Origin: an uncultured Acidimicrobiia bacterium
GTDB taxonomy: Bacteria; Actinomycetota; Aquicultoria; CAJVYJ01; JAUVQD01
Direction: 5' to 3'
Length of the DNA stretch: 64,000 nt
Assembly: GCA_964196305.1 (NCBI GenBank)
Contig: CAXMSJ010000008.1
Span: 2,495-66,494, forward strand
The translations under genes were made by a program, and so were the position numbers. Shown here piece after piece: positions 19,201-29,169 of the stretch. The notes under the pieces were generated by a model. It was not told where the DNA came from and ran no database searches. It saw only the letters and a program-made list of their open reading frames with translations. The stretch's first letter is position 1; every line of letters starts with the position of its first letter.

Positions 19201-19699
19201 CTACTGCTATCCTTCCGTGCTTCTTGTAGTGTTCGACCAGGCCGCCATCGCCCAGAATCTTAACCATAGCCGGCGGCAGCGGTGCGAACGACAATTCTAT
19301 TCCTTTGGTTATGTCTTTGATAAGTCCTGCGTTCAAGTCGACAGCCAGTTCATCTCCCATGTCAATCTGGTCGGTATCGCAAACCAGAACCGGCAACCCC
19401 ACGTTGATGGAATTCCGAAAAAAGATACGCGCAAATGATTTAGCCAAAACAGCGCTGACCCCAGCCAGCTTGATGATGCGGGGAGCGTGCTCGCGGCTTG
19501 AGCCGAGTCCAAAGTTCCGAGCCCCGACGACAAAGTCTCCTAGAGCCACCTTCTTGGCAAAGTCAGGGTCAGCGTCTTCCAGTACGTGCTTAGCCAACTC
19601 TGGCAGATTTGTCCGTAAATGGAAGAGTCTCCCGGGCGCAATATGATCTGTACTGATATCATCGCCGAACTTCCAAGCCTTGCCAAGCAATTCTTCCAC
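19190..19699 (-). CDS. leuD: 3-isopropylmalate dehydratase small subunit (archaeal-type)
   Basis: 169 aa aconitase swivel-domain protein, immediately downstream of leuC. Confidence 0.8.
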   Translation of the reverse strand: MEELLGKAWKFGDDISTDHIAPGRLFHLRTNLPELAKHVLEDADPDFAKKVALGDFVVGARNFGLGSSREHAPRIIKLAGVSAVLAKSFARIFFRNSINVGLPVLVCDTDQIDMGDELAVDLNAGLIKDITKGIELSFAPLPPAMVKILGDGGLVEHYKKHGRIAVDDT

Positions 19700-19702
19700 G
19701 CC

Positions 19703-20947
19703 TTAGACCTCCCTCGGATCGACGATCTGTCCAGCCAAGGCGCTGGCGGCTGCCGTTGCCGGTGATCCCAAGTAGACCTCCGCCTGGGGGTTGCCCATCC
19801 GGCCTTGGAAGTTGCGATTTGACGTCCCCAAGCAGACCTCTCCATCTCCAAGTATCCCGCCATGTACTCCAACACAAACTCCACACCCCGGGCCGGTAAT
19901 CATGGCCCCGGCCTCCACTAAGTCCTCAAGTAAACCTTCCTTGGCCGCCTGCACGTAAACCTGGCGGGAGGCGGGAGTAATTATCAATCGTACGCGGTGG
20001 TGCTTCTCACGACCGCGCAATATTTTCGCCGCCACCCGCAGGTCTTCAATGCGACCGTTGGTGCAGCTGCCGATAAAGACTTGGTCAAGCTCGACACCAC
20101 TCGCTGCCGCTGCCGTCTTCGTATTGTCAACTGTATGCGGAGCCGCCACCATCGGCTCCAGCGCCGTCAAATCTATCTCATAGACGCGCTCATACTCAGC
20201 ATTGGAGTCAGGTCGTAGCTCTGTCCAATCTCCAGCTCGCCCTAACGAAGCGAGAAACCGGCGAGTCTTCTCATCGGAGGGAAAGAGACCGGCTTTGGCG
20301 CCTGCCTCAACAGCCATATTCGCAATGGTCAGCCGATCCGGCAGGTCCATATGGGCTACGGCCTCGCCGCCAAACTCCAGGGCTTTATAGGTGGCGCCGT
20401 CAGCGCCGATCTTGCCGATCAGATAAAGAATTAAGTCTTTGGCGCCGACATGATTTTGAAATTCACCGCCAACCACGATCCGAAACGTCTCCGGTATCTT
20501 CATCCAGGTCTTCCCGGAGACCATCGCAATAGCAACATCAGTTGAGCCCATGCCGGTCGCAAACGCGCCCAGACCCCCGGACATACATGTATGTGAATCG
20601 GCCCCCACCACTACGTCATTCGGACTAACGTAACTTTCCACCAGACGCTGATGAATAATGCCCTCGTTGATATCGGAAAGTTGCGCTCCAGATCGCTCCG
20701 CAAATTCCCGAATCCCCTGGTGGGCGTTGGAAAGCTCGCTACGGGGGCTGGGAGCGGCGTGATCAATGAAAAAGACGGTCTTATCGGGATTGGCAACGCG
20801 ACCGCCCAAATCCTCGATCTGCTCTATCGCCAGCGGTCCCGTACCATCTTGAGCCGCAGCCACATCTACATTAACAATAACGATCTGACCGGCCCGAGCT
20901 CCCTCATTATCCTTAGTAAGTATCTTTTCGCTAAGAGTGAGCCCCAT
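19703..20947 (-). CDS. leuC: 3-isopropylmalate dehydratase large subunit (archaeal-type, 414 aa)
   Basis: Aconitase-family catalytic domain with Fe-S ligand cysteines (GSCTNGR, GPGCGVC). Confidence 0.85.
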   Translation of the reverse strand: MGLTLSEKILTKDNEGARAGQIVIVNVDVAAAQDGTGPLAIEQIEDLGGRVANPDKTVFFIDHAAPSPRSELSNAHQGIREFAERSGAQLSDINEGIIHQRLVESYVSPNDVVVGADSHTCMSGGLGAFATGMGSTDVAIAMVSGKTWMKIPETFRIVVGGEFQNHVGAKDLILYLIGKIGADGATYKALEFGGEAVAHMDLPDRLTIANMAVEAGAKAGLFPSDEKTRRFLASLGRAGDWTELRPDSNAEYERVYEIDLTALEPMVAAPHTVDNTKTAAAASGVELDQVFIGSCTNGRIEDLRVAAKILRGREKHHRVRLIITPASRQVYVQAAKEGLLEDLVEAGAMITGPGCGVCVGVHGGILGDGEVCLGTSNRNFQGRMGNPQAEVYLGSPATAAASALAGQIVDPREV

Positions 20948-22146
20948 CAGGCCTGTTTTTCCTCGACTTTCGCCCGGTAGTCGTTGTAAATATTGACCAG
21001 CTCTTTGTCGAAGAGCGCCCGCTTCAGACGGACCGCCCTCCGTCGAACCTCGGTCAGGACATCCTGAGCTTCCTCGTCGGTCAACTCCACGCCATACTCC
21101 TTGAACTTGGCTTTGATTGAAGCGCCGCCTGAATGCTTACCTAAGACCAGTTGGCGCTGCAGGCCGACCTCCTCAGGCGAAAAGGGTTCATATGTCTTCG
21201 GGTTCTTCAGAACGCCGTCGGCATGAATACCTGATTCGTGAGCGAACACATTGGTGCCGACGATCGCCTTCCACACGGGAATTTGTCTGGCTGAAGCCTG
21301 GGCGACATACTCTGAAAGCTCTCTAAACATCTCGGTCCGATAACCAAGATCCACATCGCCGATATACTTAAGCGCCATAACGACTTCTTCAAGCGCCGCG
21401 TTACCGGCCCGCTCACCAAGTCCATTGACGGTCACGTTGACCCATTTGGCTCCGGCCTTGATGCCCGCCATGGCGTTCGCGGTGGCCATCCCGAAATCAT
21501 TGTGCGTATGCATCTCAATCTCCAGCCCGCCGCACTCGGCCACGAGGTGTTGGATGATGTGGAAAGTCTTAAACGGATCCAGAACACCAATGGTGTCGCA
21601 GAAACGCAGTCTGTCCGCGCCGGCCTCAAGAGCGTTGAGTCCGAACTCTACTAGAAAATCCTCATCGGCCCGGGACCCATCCTCGGCATTCACCGATACG
21701 TAAACGCCTTTACTTTTGGCGAAATCGACGGACGTCTTAATGCGATCAAGCACCCATTGGCGGTCTTTCTGTAGCTTTGTCTGAATATGAATGTCCGAGA
21801 CTGCAATCGAGATGGCGACTGCGTCGACGCCGCAGTCAATGGACTTGCGGACGTCTTCCACCACTGCCCGGTTCCAACCAAGAACACTGGTCTTGAGACC
21901 AAGGTTGGCGATCGCTTTGATCGTTTTCTGCTCATCGCCGCCCATGGCGGCAATGCCGGCTTCGATCTGATCCACGCCAAGCTGGTCAAGCAACTTAGCG
22001 ATATGAAGTTTCTCTTCATTCGCGAAAACTACCCCGGCCGTCTGCTCGCCGTCCCGCAGAGTTGTATCATCGATCCGCACTGGTCTTTGGGCTGGTTCGC
22101 TCGGTTCAATATGAAAATCTTGCAGTTCTTGATCGGTCTCAATCAT
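20947..22146 (-). CDS. 2-isopropylmalate synthase / (R)-citramalate synthase family, short form lacking the C-terminal regulatory domain
   Basis: DRE-TIM metallolyase with TTLRDGEQ and HxH (EMHTHND) motifs. The likely start is the ATG at 22146 (MIETDQ) with an AAAGGGA RBS. About 399 aa, with no LeuA dimerization/regulatory domain. Confidence 0.75.
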   Translation of the reverse strand: MIETDQELQDFHIEPSEPAQRPVRIDDTTLRDGEQTAGVVFANEEKLHIAKLLDQLGVDQIEAGIAAMGGDEQKTIKAIANLGLKTSVLGWNRAVVEDVRKSIDCGVDAVAISIAVSDIHIQTKLQKDRQWVLDRIKTSVDFAKSKGVYVSVNAEDGSRADEDFLVEFGLNALEAGADRLRFCDTIGVLDPFKTFHIIQHLVAECGGLEIEMHTHNDFGMATANAMAGIKAGAKWVNVTVNGLGERAGNAALEEVVMALKYIGDVDLGYRTEMFRELSEYVAQASARQIPVWKAIVGTNVFAHESGIHADGVLKNPKTYEPFSPEEVGLQRQLVLGKHSGGASIKAKFKEYGVELTDEEAQDVLTEVRRRAVRLKRALFDKELVNIYNDYRAKVEEKQA

Positions 22147-22267
22147 TGTTCCCTTTCGAGTGGTAGATACGCCCTGAAAATAACAGCGGGACATCAGCCG
22201 ATGCCCGGCGGGAGTGAATCTGTTTAATTTTAGCGTAACGCCCCGATCGGGGCAAGACGAACAACTC

Positions 22268-23749
22268 TTAGTTTGTCTCTAGTTTCCGGCGCAGAACCTC
22301 GTTGACCAGCTTGGGGTTGGCCTGGCCACGAGTAGCCGCCATGCATTGGCCGACAAGAAACCCGAAAGCCTGTTTCTTTCCTTCGCGGTACTCGCCTACT
22401 GCCTGCTCATTTGCGGCCATCACTTGGTCAATAAGAGTCCCGATCTCAGCTGGATCGGATATCTGCTTCATCCCTTTGGCCGCCACGATCTCCTCAGCCG
22501 CCTGACCGGACTTAAACATCTCCCCAAAGACCTGCTTGGCCATCTTGCCGCTAATGGTGCCGTCTTTGACAAGCAGCAATAGCTTCCCTAGAGCCTCCGG
22601 GTCAACTGGTGAGTCCGCAATATCAATGGCCTCACCATTCAAGGATGCCGCCAATTCACCCATCATCCAATTACTAGCCACCTTGCCATCGGGGAAATAT
22701 CCCATCAGCTCTTCAAAGTAGTCGCCGTGCGCTTTGGATTGCGTCATGAACCGGGCATCGTAGGCGGGGATATCAAAACTCTTCGCCAATCGGGCCTCAC
22801 GCTCATCAGGAAGCTCGGGCAAGTGACGCTCGATAGCCTCGACCCAATCACGACTAAGTTCCAGTGGGACCAGGTCGGGATCGGCAAAGTACCGGTAGTC
22901 GTGGGCCTCTTCTTTTGACCGTAACGAGGTGGTCAGATTATTATTTGCGTCCCAGTGACGAGTCTCTTGTATCACGCGGTCCCCATTTTCGACCAAATCG
23001 AGGTGTCGACCCAGCTCATATTCGAGCGCCCGTGCCAAAGCGCGGAAAGAATTCATATTCTTGACTTCGGTTTTCGTACCAAGAGCGGTCTCGCCCACGC
23101 GGCGGATCGAGCAGTTACCGTCGACGCGCATTGAGCCTTCTTCCATGTTGCAATCCGAGACACCCAGGTGCAACACAATACTGCGGAGTTTCTGGGCGAA
23201 AACCCTGGCCTCTTCCGGTGTCCGAATGTCCGGTTCAGTGACGATCTCGGCCAAAGGCGTGCCGGCCCGGTTAAAATCGACTAGAGAATATTCCGCCCCA
23301 GCAATGCGCCCGCTCTCGCCAATATGGATCAGCTTACCGGTATCCTCTTCCATGTGGACACGGGTTATCTCGACCTGTCTCTCGTAATCATCGAGCTCGA
23401 CCAGGACGCTGCCGTCGATACAAATCGGCAAATCATACTGAGATATCTGGTAATTCTTCGGCATATCAGGGTAGAAGTAGTTTTTCCGGTGAAACTGGGT
23501 AAAATCAGCAACATCACACCCTAGAGCCAGGCCAATCCGAGCGGTAAATTCAACCGCCTTTTCATTAACAACCGGCAACGTACCGGGCATCCCCAGGCAG
23601 ACCGGACAGACATGGGTATTCGGAGGTTCGCCAAAAGTAACGGCGGAATCACAGAACATCTTGCTGGCTGTACTCAGCTCAACATGGATCTCCAGGCCAA
23701 TGACCGCCTCATAGCCTGCCTTTTCCAAGCGCTCCTTCACGTCAATCAT
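22268..23749 (-). CDS. gatB: Asp-tRNA(Asn)/Glu-tRNA(Gln) amidotransferase subunit B
   Basis: 493 aa; the N-terminus MIDVKERLEKAGYEAVIGLEIHVEL is typical of GatB, and a GatB/YqeY C-terminal domain is present. Confidence 0.9.
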   Translation of the reverse strand: MIDVKERLEKAGYEAVIGLEIHVELSTASKMFCDSAVTFGEPPNTHVCPVCLGMPGTLPVVNEKAVEFTARIGLALGCDVADFTQFHRKNYFYPDMPKNYQISQYDLPICIDGSVLVELDDYERQVEITRVHMEEDTGKLIHIGESGRIAGAEYSLVDFNRAGTPLAEIVTEPDIRTPEEARVFAQKLRSIVLHLGVSDCNMEEGSMRVDGNCSIRRVGETALGTKTEVKNMNSFRALARALEYELGRHLDLVENGDRVIQETRHWDANNNLTTSLRSKEEAHDYRYFADPDLVPLELSRDWVEAIERHLPELPDEREARLAKSFDIPAYDARFMTQSKAHGDYFEELMGYFPDGKVASNWMMGELAASLNGEAIDIADSPVDPEALGKLLLLVKDGTISGKMAKQVFGEMFKSGQAAEEIVAAKGMKQISDPAEIGTLIDQVMAANEQAVGEYREGKKQAFGFLVGQCMAATRGQANPKLVNEVLRRKLETN

Positions 23750-23773
23750 GCGGCCGATTGTAGCATACGGAGG

Positions 23774-24295
23774 CTATCTGGATATATCGTCGCCCCGCAT
23801 CTCTTTAAGTGATGCGCGGACAGAATCCGGCAACCTGTCTTCCAGCCTGAGCGAGCGGTCTCCTCGCGGCTGTACACGCGCCTCTTCAGCGGCTTCCGAC
23901 ATCAAGTCCATCAATCCGGCTGGAAAGAGACGCCGTACTCCTTGACGCCAAATCACTTTCTGCTGCGCATAATCAGCGGTGCAGACGGTGATCTCCCGCT
24001 CCGATGCCGACTTGAAGACCAGCCGCTCAATGACGGAATCCGCCGACTGGCTGGTCGCTGAAAACATAACTGTCAGCCTGGGGGCAACCTGTTCGGCCGA
24101 GCCCCCGCCGCGACCATCGAAAACAACGATCAAGTCAGCATCTCCAGAGCCCGACAGATTGATTAAGTCCTGGATGAGACATTCTATCGCCGCCGGCATC
24201 GCCTCCTCGTCCTTGCAGCGACGATACTTCTCTATCGCGTAGATGACGTTGTGGCCATCGATTAACAGCAGCGGATCAGCCTGCGGCTCACTCAA
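23774..24295 (-). CDS. YacP-like NYN-domain ribonuclease (Rae1 family)
   Basis: 173 aa with LLLIDGHNVIY...VVFDG. Sits at the conserved position after rlmB. Confidence 0.7.
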   Translation of the reverse strand: MSEPQADPLLLIDGHNVIYAIEKYRRCKDEEAMPAAIECLIQDLINLSGSGDADLIVVFDGRGGGSAEQVAPRLTVMFSATSQSADSVIERLVFKSASEREITVCTADYAQQKVIWRQGVRRLFPAGLMDLMSEAAEEARVQPRGDRSLRLEDRLPDSVRASLKEMRGDDISR

Positions 24296-25023
24296 GACAT
24301 CTCCCGCTGCCTAACAACTTCATATAGGAACGCGGCGGCGGCAGCAGATACATTCAGTGAATCTACCCCCCGAGCCAAGGGAACGGATGCCAGCCAGTCA
24401 CACCGCTCACGCACCAGACGGGAGAGGCCGCCACCCTCGCTCCCCAGAACAATAACTATTTTGCCCCCCAAATCCAGATCCCAAAGACGCGTCTCCCCGC
24501 TGCCTTCGGCGCCAACGACCCAGAAGCCCGCTTCTTTCATGCGGGCCAGCGCTTCGCCGATGTTCGCTTGAACGATTGACGACTGTTCGGTCAGCCCGGC
24601 CGAGGCCTTGACCACAGCCGGAGTCACAGAAGCTGAGCGGTGCTTGCCGATAATCAGCCCATCGGCGCCGGCGGCCGCGCCCGTCCGGATGACAGCGCCA
24701 AGATTCTGACCATCAGTCACCTGGTCTAACACCACTATCAGCGCCGTATTCTGCCCTTCGAGACGATCCAGTAGACCGCGCAAGTTTTGATATTCAAACG
24801 GGGCGACCTCAGCGACTACTCCTTGATGAACGACATCGGGCGCTCGCCTGTCCAGCTGCGCGCGCGGTAGCTTAACCACGCTAATATCGCGTTGGGTCGC
24901 CGCCGACTGGATTTCTCGGACTGCCGCCTCGCGCTCCGTGCCGGCGGCCACATAGACTTTTGAGATATTTCTCGGCCCAGCCAGCGCCTCCGCGACCACC
25001 CGGCGTCCATAGAGCAATTCCAT
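24292..25023 (-). CDS. rlmB: 23S rRNA (guanosine-2'-O)-methyltransferase RlmB (SpoU/TrmH family)
   Basis: 243 aa SPOUT methyltransferase. ATGA overlaps on both sides (cysS upstream, yacP downstream). Confidence 0.8.
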   Translation of the reverse strand: MELLYGRRVVAEALAGPRNISKVYVAAGTEREAAVREIQSAATQRDISVVKLPRAQLDRRAPDVVHQGVVAEVAPFEYQNLRGLLDRLEGQNTALIVVLDQVTDGQNLGAVIRTGAAAGADGLIIGKHRSASVTPAVVKASAGLTEQSSIVQANIGEALARMKEAGFWVVGAEGSGETRLWDLDLGGKIVIVLGSEGGGLSRLVRERCDWLASVPLARGVDSLNVSAAAAAFLYEVVRQREMS

Positions 25024-26507
25024 CAGGACAGGACGGGCTTCCAGCGTGGACCAGACGCCGTATCCTCGACCTCTATGCCAATTTCTAACAGGCTATTCCG
25101 AATAGTGTCAGCCATACCCCAGTCTTGCTCTCGCCTGGCTTCCTCTCGGCGCTCAAGCAGCGCATTAAGGACGCCTTCCCGGCTGATATCTCCCGGGATC
25201 AGCCCAATGGTTGCGCGAGCCAAGTCTCTGATAGGCGCCTCGATAGCCAACCAGTCAACCTCGTATCCCAAACCCAGACCAAAGGCCTCCGTCAATTCGA
25301 TGATCGTCTCCTTAGCCTGTTTGAGCGCCTCAGGAGTCGGCAGCTCTTGCGCCCCTTCGATCAGTGTATTGACCTCCTTCACCAGTCTAAACAGGGCCGG
25401 CAGAGCCTCGGCGGTGTTGAAATCGTCATCCATCGCCTGAATAAAGTGCGCCCGGCACTCGCTCAGCGTTTCGAGCAACCCAACGGTCTGACGACGCCCA
25501 GTGGCCAATGGTTGATCAAGCGCAAAATCAATATTTTGTAACGTCCGCTCCAAGCGCTCGATATTCGCTTGGGCCTGCACTAGGCCCTCTTTGGTAAAGT
25601 CGAGCGGATTGCGATAAAGGGTGCCGAGCATGAACATCCGCACCACCATCGGCGACCACTGCTTCAGCAACTCGCTGACGAGCATCACATTACCGAGAGA
25701 CTTCGACATCTTCTCCTGGTCGATATTTAAGAGACCGCCATGAACCCAGTACGTCACAAACGGCTTGCCGGTCGCTCCCTCGGACTGGGCGATCTCATTC
25801 TCATGGTGCGGAAAAATCAGATCGACTGCACCGCCATGGATATCAAAACCGTGGCCGAGATACTTCAGCGACATCGCCGAGCATTCCAGGTGCCACCCAG
25901 GTCTACCCGGCCCCCAGGGGCTCTCCCAGGCCGGCTCCCCGGCTTTAGCGGCCTTCCATAAAGCGAAATCCATCGGATCCTCTTTGCTGGGATCGGGCTC
26001 AACCCGCTCACCAGCCTTCATATCTTTTAAGGTCCGCCTGGAGAGCTTGCCATAACCCTTGAACCTCGCCACCCGAAACCAGACATTTCCCTCAGCCGCG
26101 TAGGCCAGATCCACCGCTATCAAATCTTCCACCAGCTTGATCATCTCAGGAATAGTCTCGGTCGCCCGTGGCTCAATAGTCGGGTCCTTGACTCCCAACA
26201 TTTCTGTATCGGTGCGAAAGGCTGCCTCATATTTCTGGGCGATCTCAGCGGTTCCTGTCCCCTCCAGAGCGGCCCTGTTGATGATCTTGTCGTCAATATC
26301 CGTGATATTGCGGACAAACTCGACTTTGAAGCCCCGATATTCGAGATAGCGACGGATCACGTCGAAGTTGACGAACGTGCGAGCGTTTCCAATATGCATA
26401 TAGTTGTAAACAGTCAAACCGCACACGTACATACTGATCTCGCCACTGGTACGCGGAACCAATTTCTCTTTTTGCCTGGTCATGGTGTTATATATCTTGA
26501 TTGCCAT
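25023..26507 (-). CDS. cysS: Cysteinyl-tRNA synthetase
   Basis: HIGH motif (HIGNARTF) and KMSKS. The probable start MAIKIYNT at 26507 leaves a 5 nt gap after gltX. Confidence 0.9.
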   Translation of the reverse strand: MAIKIYNTMTRQKEKLVPRTSGEISMYVCGLTVYNYMHIGNARTFVNFDVIRRYLEYRGFKVEFVRNITDIDDKIINRAALEGTGTAEIAQKYEAAFRTDTEMLGVKDPTIEPRATETIPEMIKLVEDLIAVDLAYAAEGNVWFRVARFKGYGKLSRRTLKDMKAGERVEPDPSKEDPMDFALWKAAKAGEPAWESPWGPGRPGWHLECSAMSLKYLGHGFDIHGGAVDLIFPHHENEIAQSEGATGKPFVTYWVHGGLLNIDQEKMSKSLGNVMLVSELLKQWSPMVVRMFMLGTLYRNPLDFTKEGLVQAQANIERLERTLQNIDFALDQPLATGRRQTVGLLETLSECRAHFIQAMDDDFNTAEALPALFRLVKEVNTLIEGAQELPTPEALKQAKETIIELTEAFGLGLGYEVDWLAIEAPIRDLARATIGLIPGDISREGVLNALLERREEARREQDWGMADTIRNSLLEIGIEVEDTASGPRWKPVLS

Positions 26508-26512
26508 CTGAT

Positions 26513-27973
26513 CTAGTCTCCGTCGATAGAGCTTAGGCGCACCCGGCACTCAGCCGGCCCAAGTGCGTAGGGCAGGAAATAAACCTCAGGCCCGGAAAGC
26601 TGTCCGGTGAGAGCGAGCCGCAACGTCTGGAAAATCTCTTTAGGCCGGTGCCCAGCGGCGGACATCTCGTCCTTCACTTGAGCCACAAACGCCTTTGCCT
26701 GATCCAACGTCAGCACATCTCGGTCAGCCAGCGCCGCCGCGGCCGCATGTCTGATCTCCGTACTCACCGAGGTGGCCAACCGCTCGCGCGTCGCCATGTC
26801 ATAGTCTAACTCGAAAAAGATTTTAGCGTACGTCCGCACGTCCGTAAGTTGCTCTAGATTCGTTCGTATGGCCGCCACTATCCGCTGCCATCGCTCCATC
26901 CCACCTACTTGGGATATCGCTTGTGACCATTCCGGCGGTAACTGTAAAAAAGTCAGGTTGGCTAGGTCTGCCAAGTCAAGCCGGCGGAGGTGCTGGGCAT
27001 TGAACCAGCGCAGTTTCTCCCCGTCAAAAATAGGCGGACTTTTGGATACCCTCGCTAGCGAGAAGGCCCTTACTATCTCATCTGCGTCCATCACCTCGGT
27101 AGCGTCCGGCGCCGACCAACTGAGAAGAGCTAGATTATTCAGAAGCGCTTGAGACAGGTAGCCTTGCCGGCAATAATCACTAACCGCCGCCGCTCCGTGT
27201 CTCTTGCTTAATTTTGTCTTGTCAGGGCCCAGGATCATCGAAAGGTGTGCGAAAGCCGGTAGCTCTAGGCCCAGCGCCTCGAATATCAGCGCTTGGCGGG
27301 CCGTATTAGTCAAGTGGTCTTCGCCCCGGATTACATGAGTGATAGCCATCCCCGCATCATCGACCACCGCCGCCAGGTTATAGGTCGGCATCCCGTCCGC
27401 TCGGGCGACAATGAAGTCACCGATCACGTCTGTCCCAAATTCCATCTTGCCACGGATGAGATCGTCGAAGCGGATCACGCGAGCCGCCGGCACGGCGAAA
27501 CGCAGTGATGGTCGGCGACCGGCGTCTCGGAAAACCTGACGCTCTTCCGTGGTTAGCTGCCGACACCGCCCGCTATATTTAGGCATCTGCTTACTATCCC
27601 GGGCCGCCTGTCTCTCCGCTTCCAGCTCCTCGGGCGAACAGTAGCACTCATAAAGCGCCCCCACCTGGCCCAGCCGCTCAAAGGCTTGGCTATAGCTGCC
27701 GGCCTCCAGCCGCTCGGACTGGCGATAGGGGCCGTAAGGACCGCCGATATCGGGTCCCTCATCCCAATCAAGCCCCAGCCACTGCAAGTCGGCCAGGATA
27801 TCAAGCTCATGCTCGTTGGTCGAGCGCTCCCGGTCAGTATCTTCAACCCTAAGAATAAACGCGCCGCCCTGATGGCGGGCATAGAGCCAGTTAAAAAGAG
27901 CGGTTCTGGCCGTGCCAATGTGCAAGCGTCCCGTCGGGCTAGGCGCAAATCGTACCCTAGCAGGTGCCATCAA
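26513..27973 (-). CDS. gltX: Glutamyl-tRNA synthetase
   Basis: 486 aa with the HIGH-like motif PSPTGRLHIGTART and KLSKR. Confidence 0.9.
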   Translation of the reverse strand: MMAPARVRFAPSPTGRLHIGTARTALFNWLYARHQGGAFILRVEDTDRERSTNEHELDILADLQWLGLDWDEGPDIGGPYGPYRQSERLEAGSYSQAFERLGQVGALYECYCSPEELEAERQAARDSKQMPKYSGRCRQLTTEERQVFRDAGRRPSLRFAVPAARVIRFDDLIRGKMEFGTDVIGDFIVARADGMPTYNLAAVVDDAGMAITHVIRGEDHLTNTARQALIFEALGLELPAFAHLSMILGPDKTKLSKRHGAAAVSDYCRQGYLSQALLNNLALLSWSAPDATEVMDADEIVRAFSLARVSKSPPIFDGEKLRWFNAQHLRRLDLADLANLTFLQLPPEWSQAISQVGGMERWQRIVAAIRTNLEQLTDVRTYAKIFFELDYDMATRERLATSVSTEIRHAAAAALADRDVLTLDQAKAFVAQVKDEMSAAGHRPKEIFQTLRLALTGQLSGPEVYFLPYALGPAECRVRLSSIDGD

Positions 27974-28482
27974 GTCCCCTCTGACAAAGCGTGCGCGGAC
28001 ACCAACAGCACCACCGCCTGTGCCGCCACTCCTTCACCGCGGCCCGTGAAGCCCATGCCTTCGGTGGTGGTCCCCTTAATGCTGACTCGCTCGACATCGG
28101 TGAGCATCGCCCGCGCTAAGGCCGTCCGCATCGCCTGCCTCTGGGGTGCGATTTTCGGACTCTCCAGGATAACCGTCACATCTGCCGTGGCCACCTTGTA
28201 ACCACGCTGAAGCGCTAGGTCGGCTGCCGCCTCCAGCAATTGCAGGCTAGAAATATCTTTATAGCGTGCATCAGTGTCTGGAAAGTGGGAACCAATGTCC
28301 CCGTCGGCCAAGGCACCAAAAATCGCATCGATCAGCGCGTGGCAAGCCACATCGGCGTCCGAATGCCCGTCTGCCCCCCGCTCAGCTGGTAGCTCAACGC
28401 CCCCAATAATGAGTGGGCGCCCGCTGACCAGGCGGTGGGCGTCAATACCGTTACCGATCCTAGGCTCAATCCTCATAGCCAA
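27970..28482 (-). CDS. ispF: 2-C-methyl-D-erythritol 2,4-cyclodiphosphate synthase
   Basis: About 165 aa with IGNGIDAH and HSDAD motifs. Confidence 0.9.
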   Translation of the reverse strand: MAMRIEPRIGNGIDAHRLVSGRPLIIGGVELPAERGADGHSDADVACHALIDAIFGALADGDIGSHFPDTDARYKDISSLQLLEAAADLALQRGYKVATADVTVILESPKIAPQRQAMRTALARAMLTDVERVSIKGTTTEGMGFTGRGEGVAAQAVVLLVSAHALSEGT

Positions 28483-28485
28483 AGA

Positions 28486-29169
28486 TTAACACATGCCCCG
28501 GCGCTCAAGCTCCTGTTCGACTATAGCCAGATCATGCGCTGTGGTGACCTTGAGGTTGAGATCGCCGCTGACGTAGATGCCCACTCGGCCACCCTGGCGC
28601 TCGACAACAGCGGCATCGTCTGTGCCGGTAAACCTTTCTTCAACAGCCTGCTCATAGGCCGCCCGGATGATATGCGCTGGAAATACCTGCGGTGTCTCAG
28701 CCCGAAAAAACCTCTCTCTCGGAACCGTGGTGGTCACGATCCCGGCCACCACCTCCTTGAGCGTATCGACAATCGGCGACGCAAAAATTAGCCCGTCAAG
28801 ACCATTTAGAGCGCGCTCCGATTCCTCTACCCGCGCCGCCGTCAACAACGGCCTAGCGCCATCGTGTATCCAAACGACTTCGGCCTCAGGCGGACAAGCG
28901 GCCAGCCCACACCGGACAGACTCCTGGCGCTCATCTCCTCCCTCTACCACCAAGAACGGGGTGCGACCGGCGGCCGCAGCCACCTCATCGACACAACGCT
29001 CGACTAAGTCTTTCCTGGTAACTAAAACGATATTGTCAATGCACGAAGCAGCGCTAAGAGCTGCCACCGAATACCACAGAACAGGCCGACCGCCGATCTC
29101 AATGAGTTGCTTTTCTCCCGTCCCGAAGCGCGCGCCCTGACCGGCAGCCACGATTACGGCGCTATTCAC
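28486..29169 (-). CDS. ispD: 2-C-methyl-D-erythritol 4-phosphate cytidylyltransferase
   Basis: 227 aa with VIVAAGQGARFG at the N-terminus. Confidence 0.85.
   Translation of the reverse strand: MNSAVIVAAGQGARFGTGEKQLIEIGGRPVLWYSVAALSAASCIDNIVLVTRKDLVERCVDEVAAAAGRTPFLVVEGGDERQESVRCGLAACPPEAEVVWIHDGARPLLTAARVEESERALNGLDGLIFASPIVDTLKEVVAGIVTTTVPRERFFRAETPQVFPAHIIRAAYEQAVEERFTGTDDAAVVERQGGRVGIYVSGDLNLKVTTAHDLAIVEQELERRGMC

Noticed and set aside
22195-22267. Possible attenuator/T-box leader upstream of the leucine cluster (palindrome GCCCCGATCGGGGC)
   Set aside because: The palindrome is followed by GTTACGCTAAAATT rather than a U-tract, the 73-nt region is too short for a T-box or leader-peptide attenuator, and no Leu-codon-rich mini-ORF is present. 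It is more likely a weak gatB terminator or a restriction-site-like palindrome.
26508-26512. Expected cysE gene and T-box between gltX and cysS
   Set aside because: Only 5 nt separate the gltX stop from the likely cysS start, so there is no space for either. Their absence is real, not missed.
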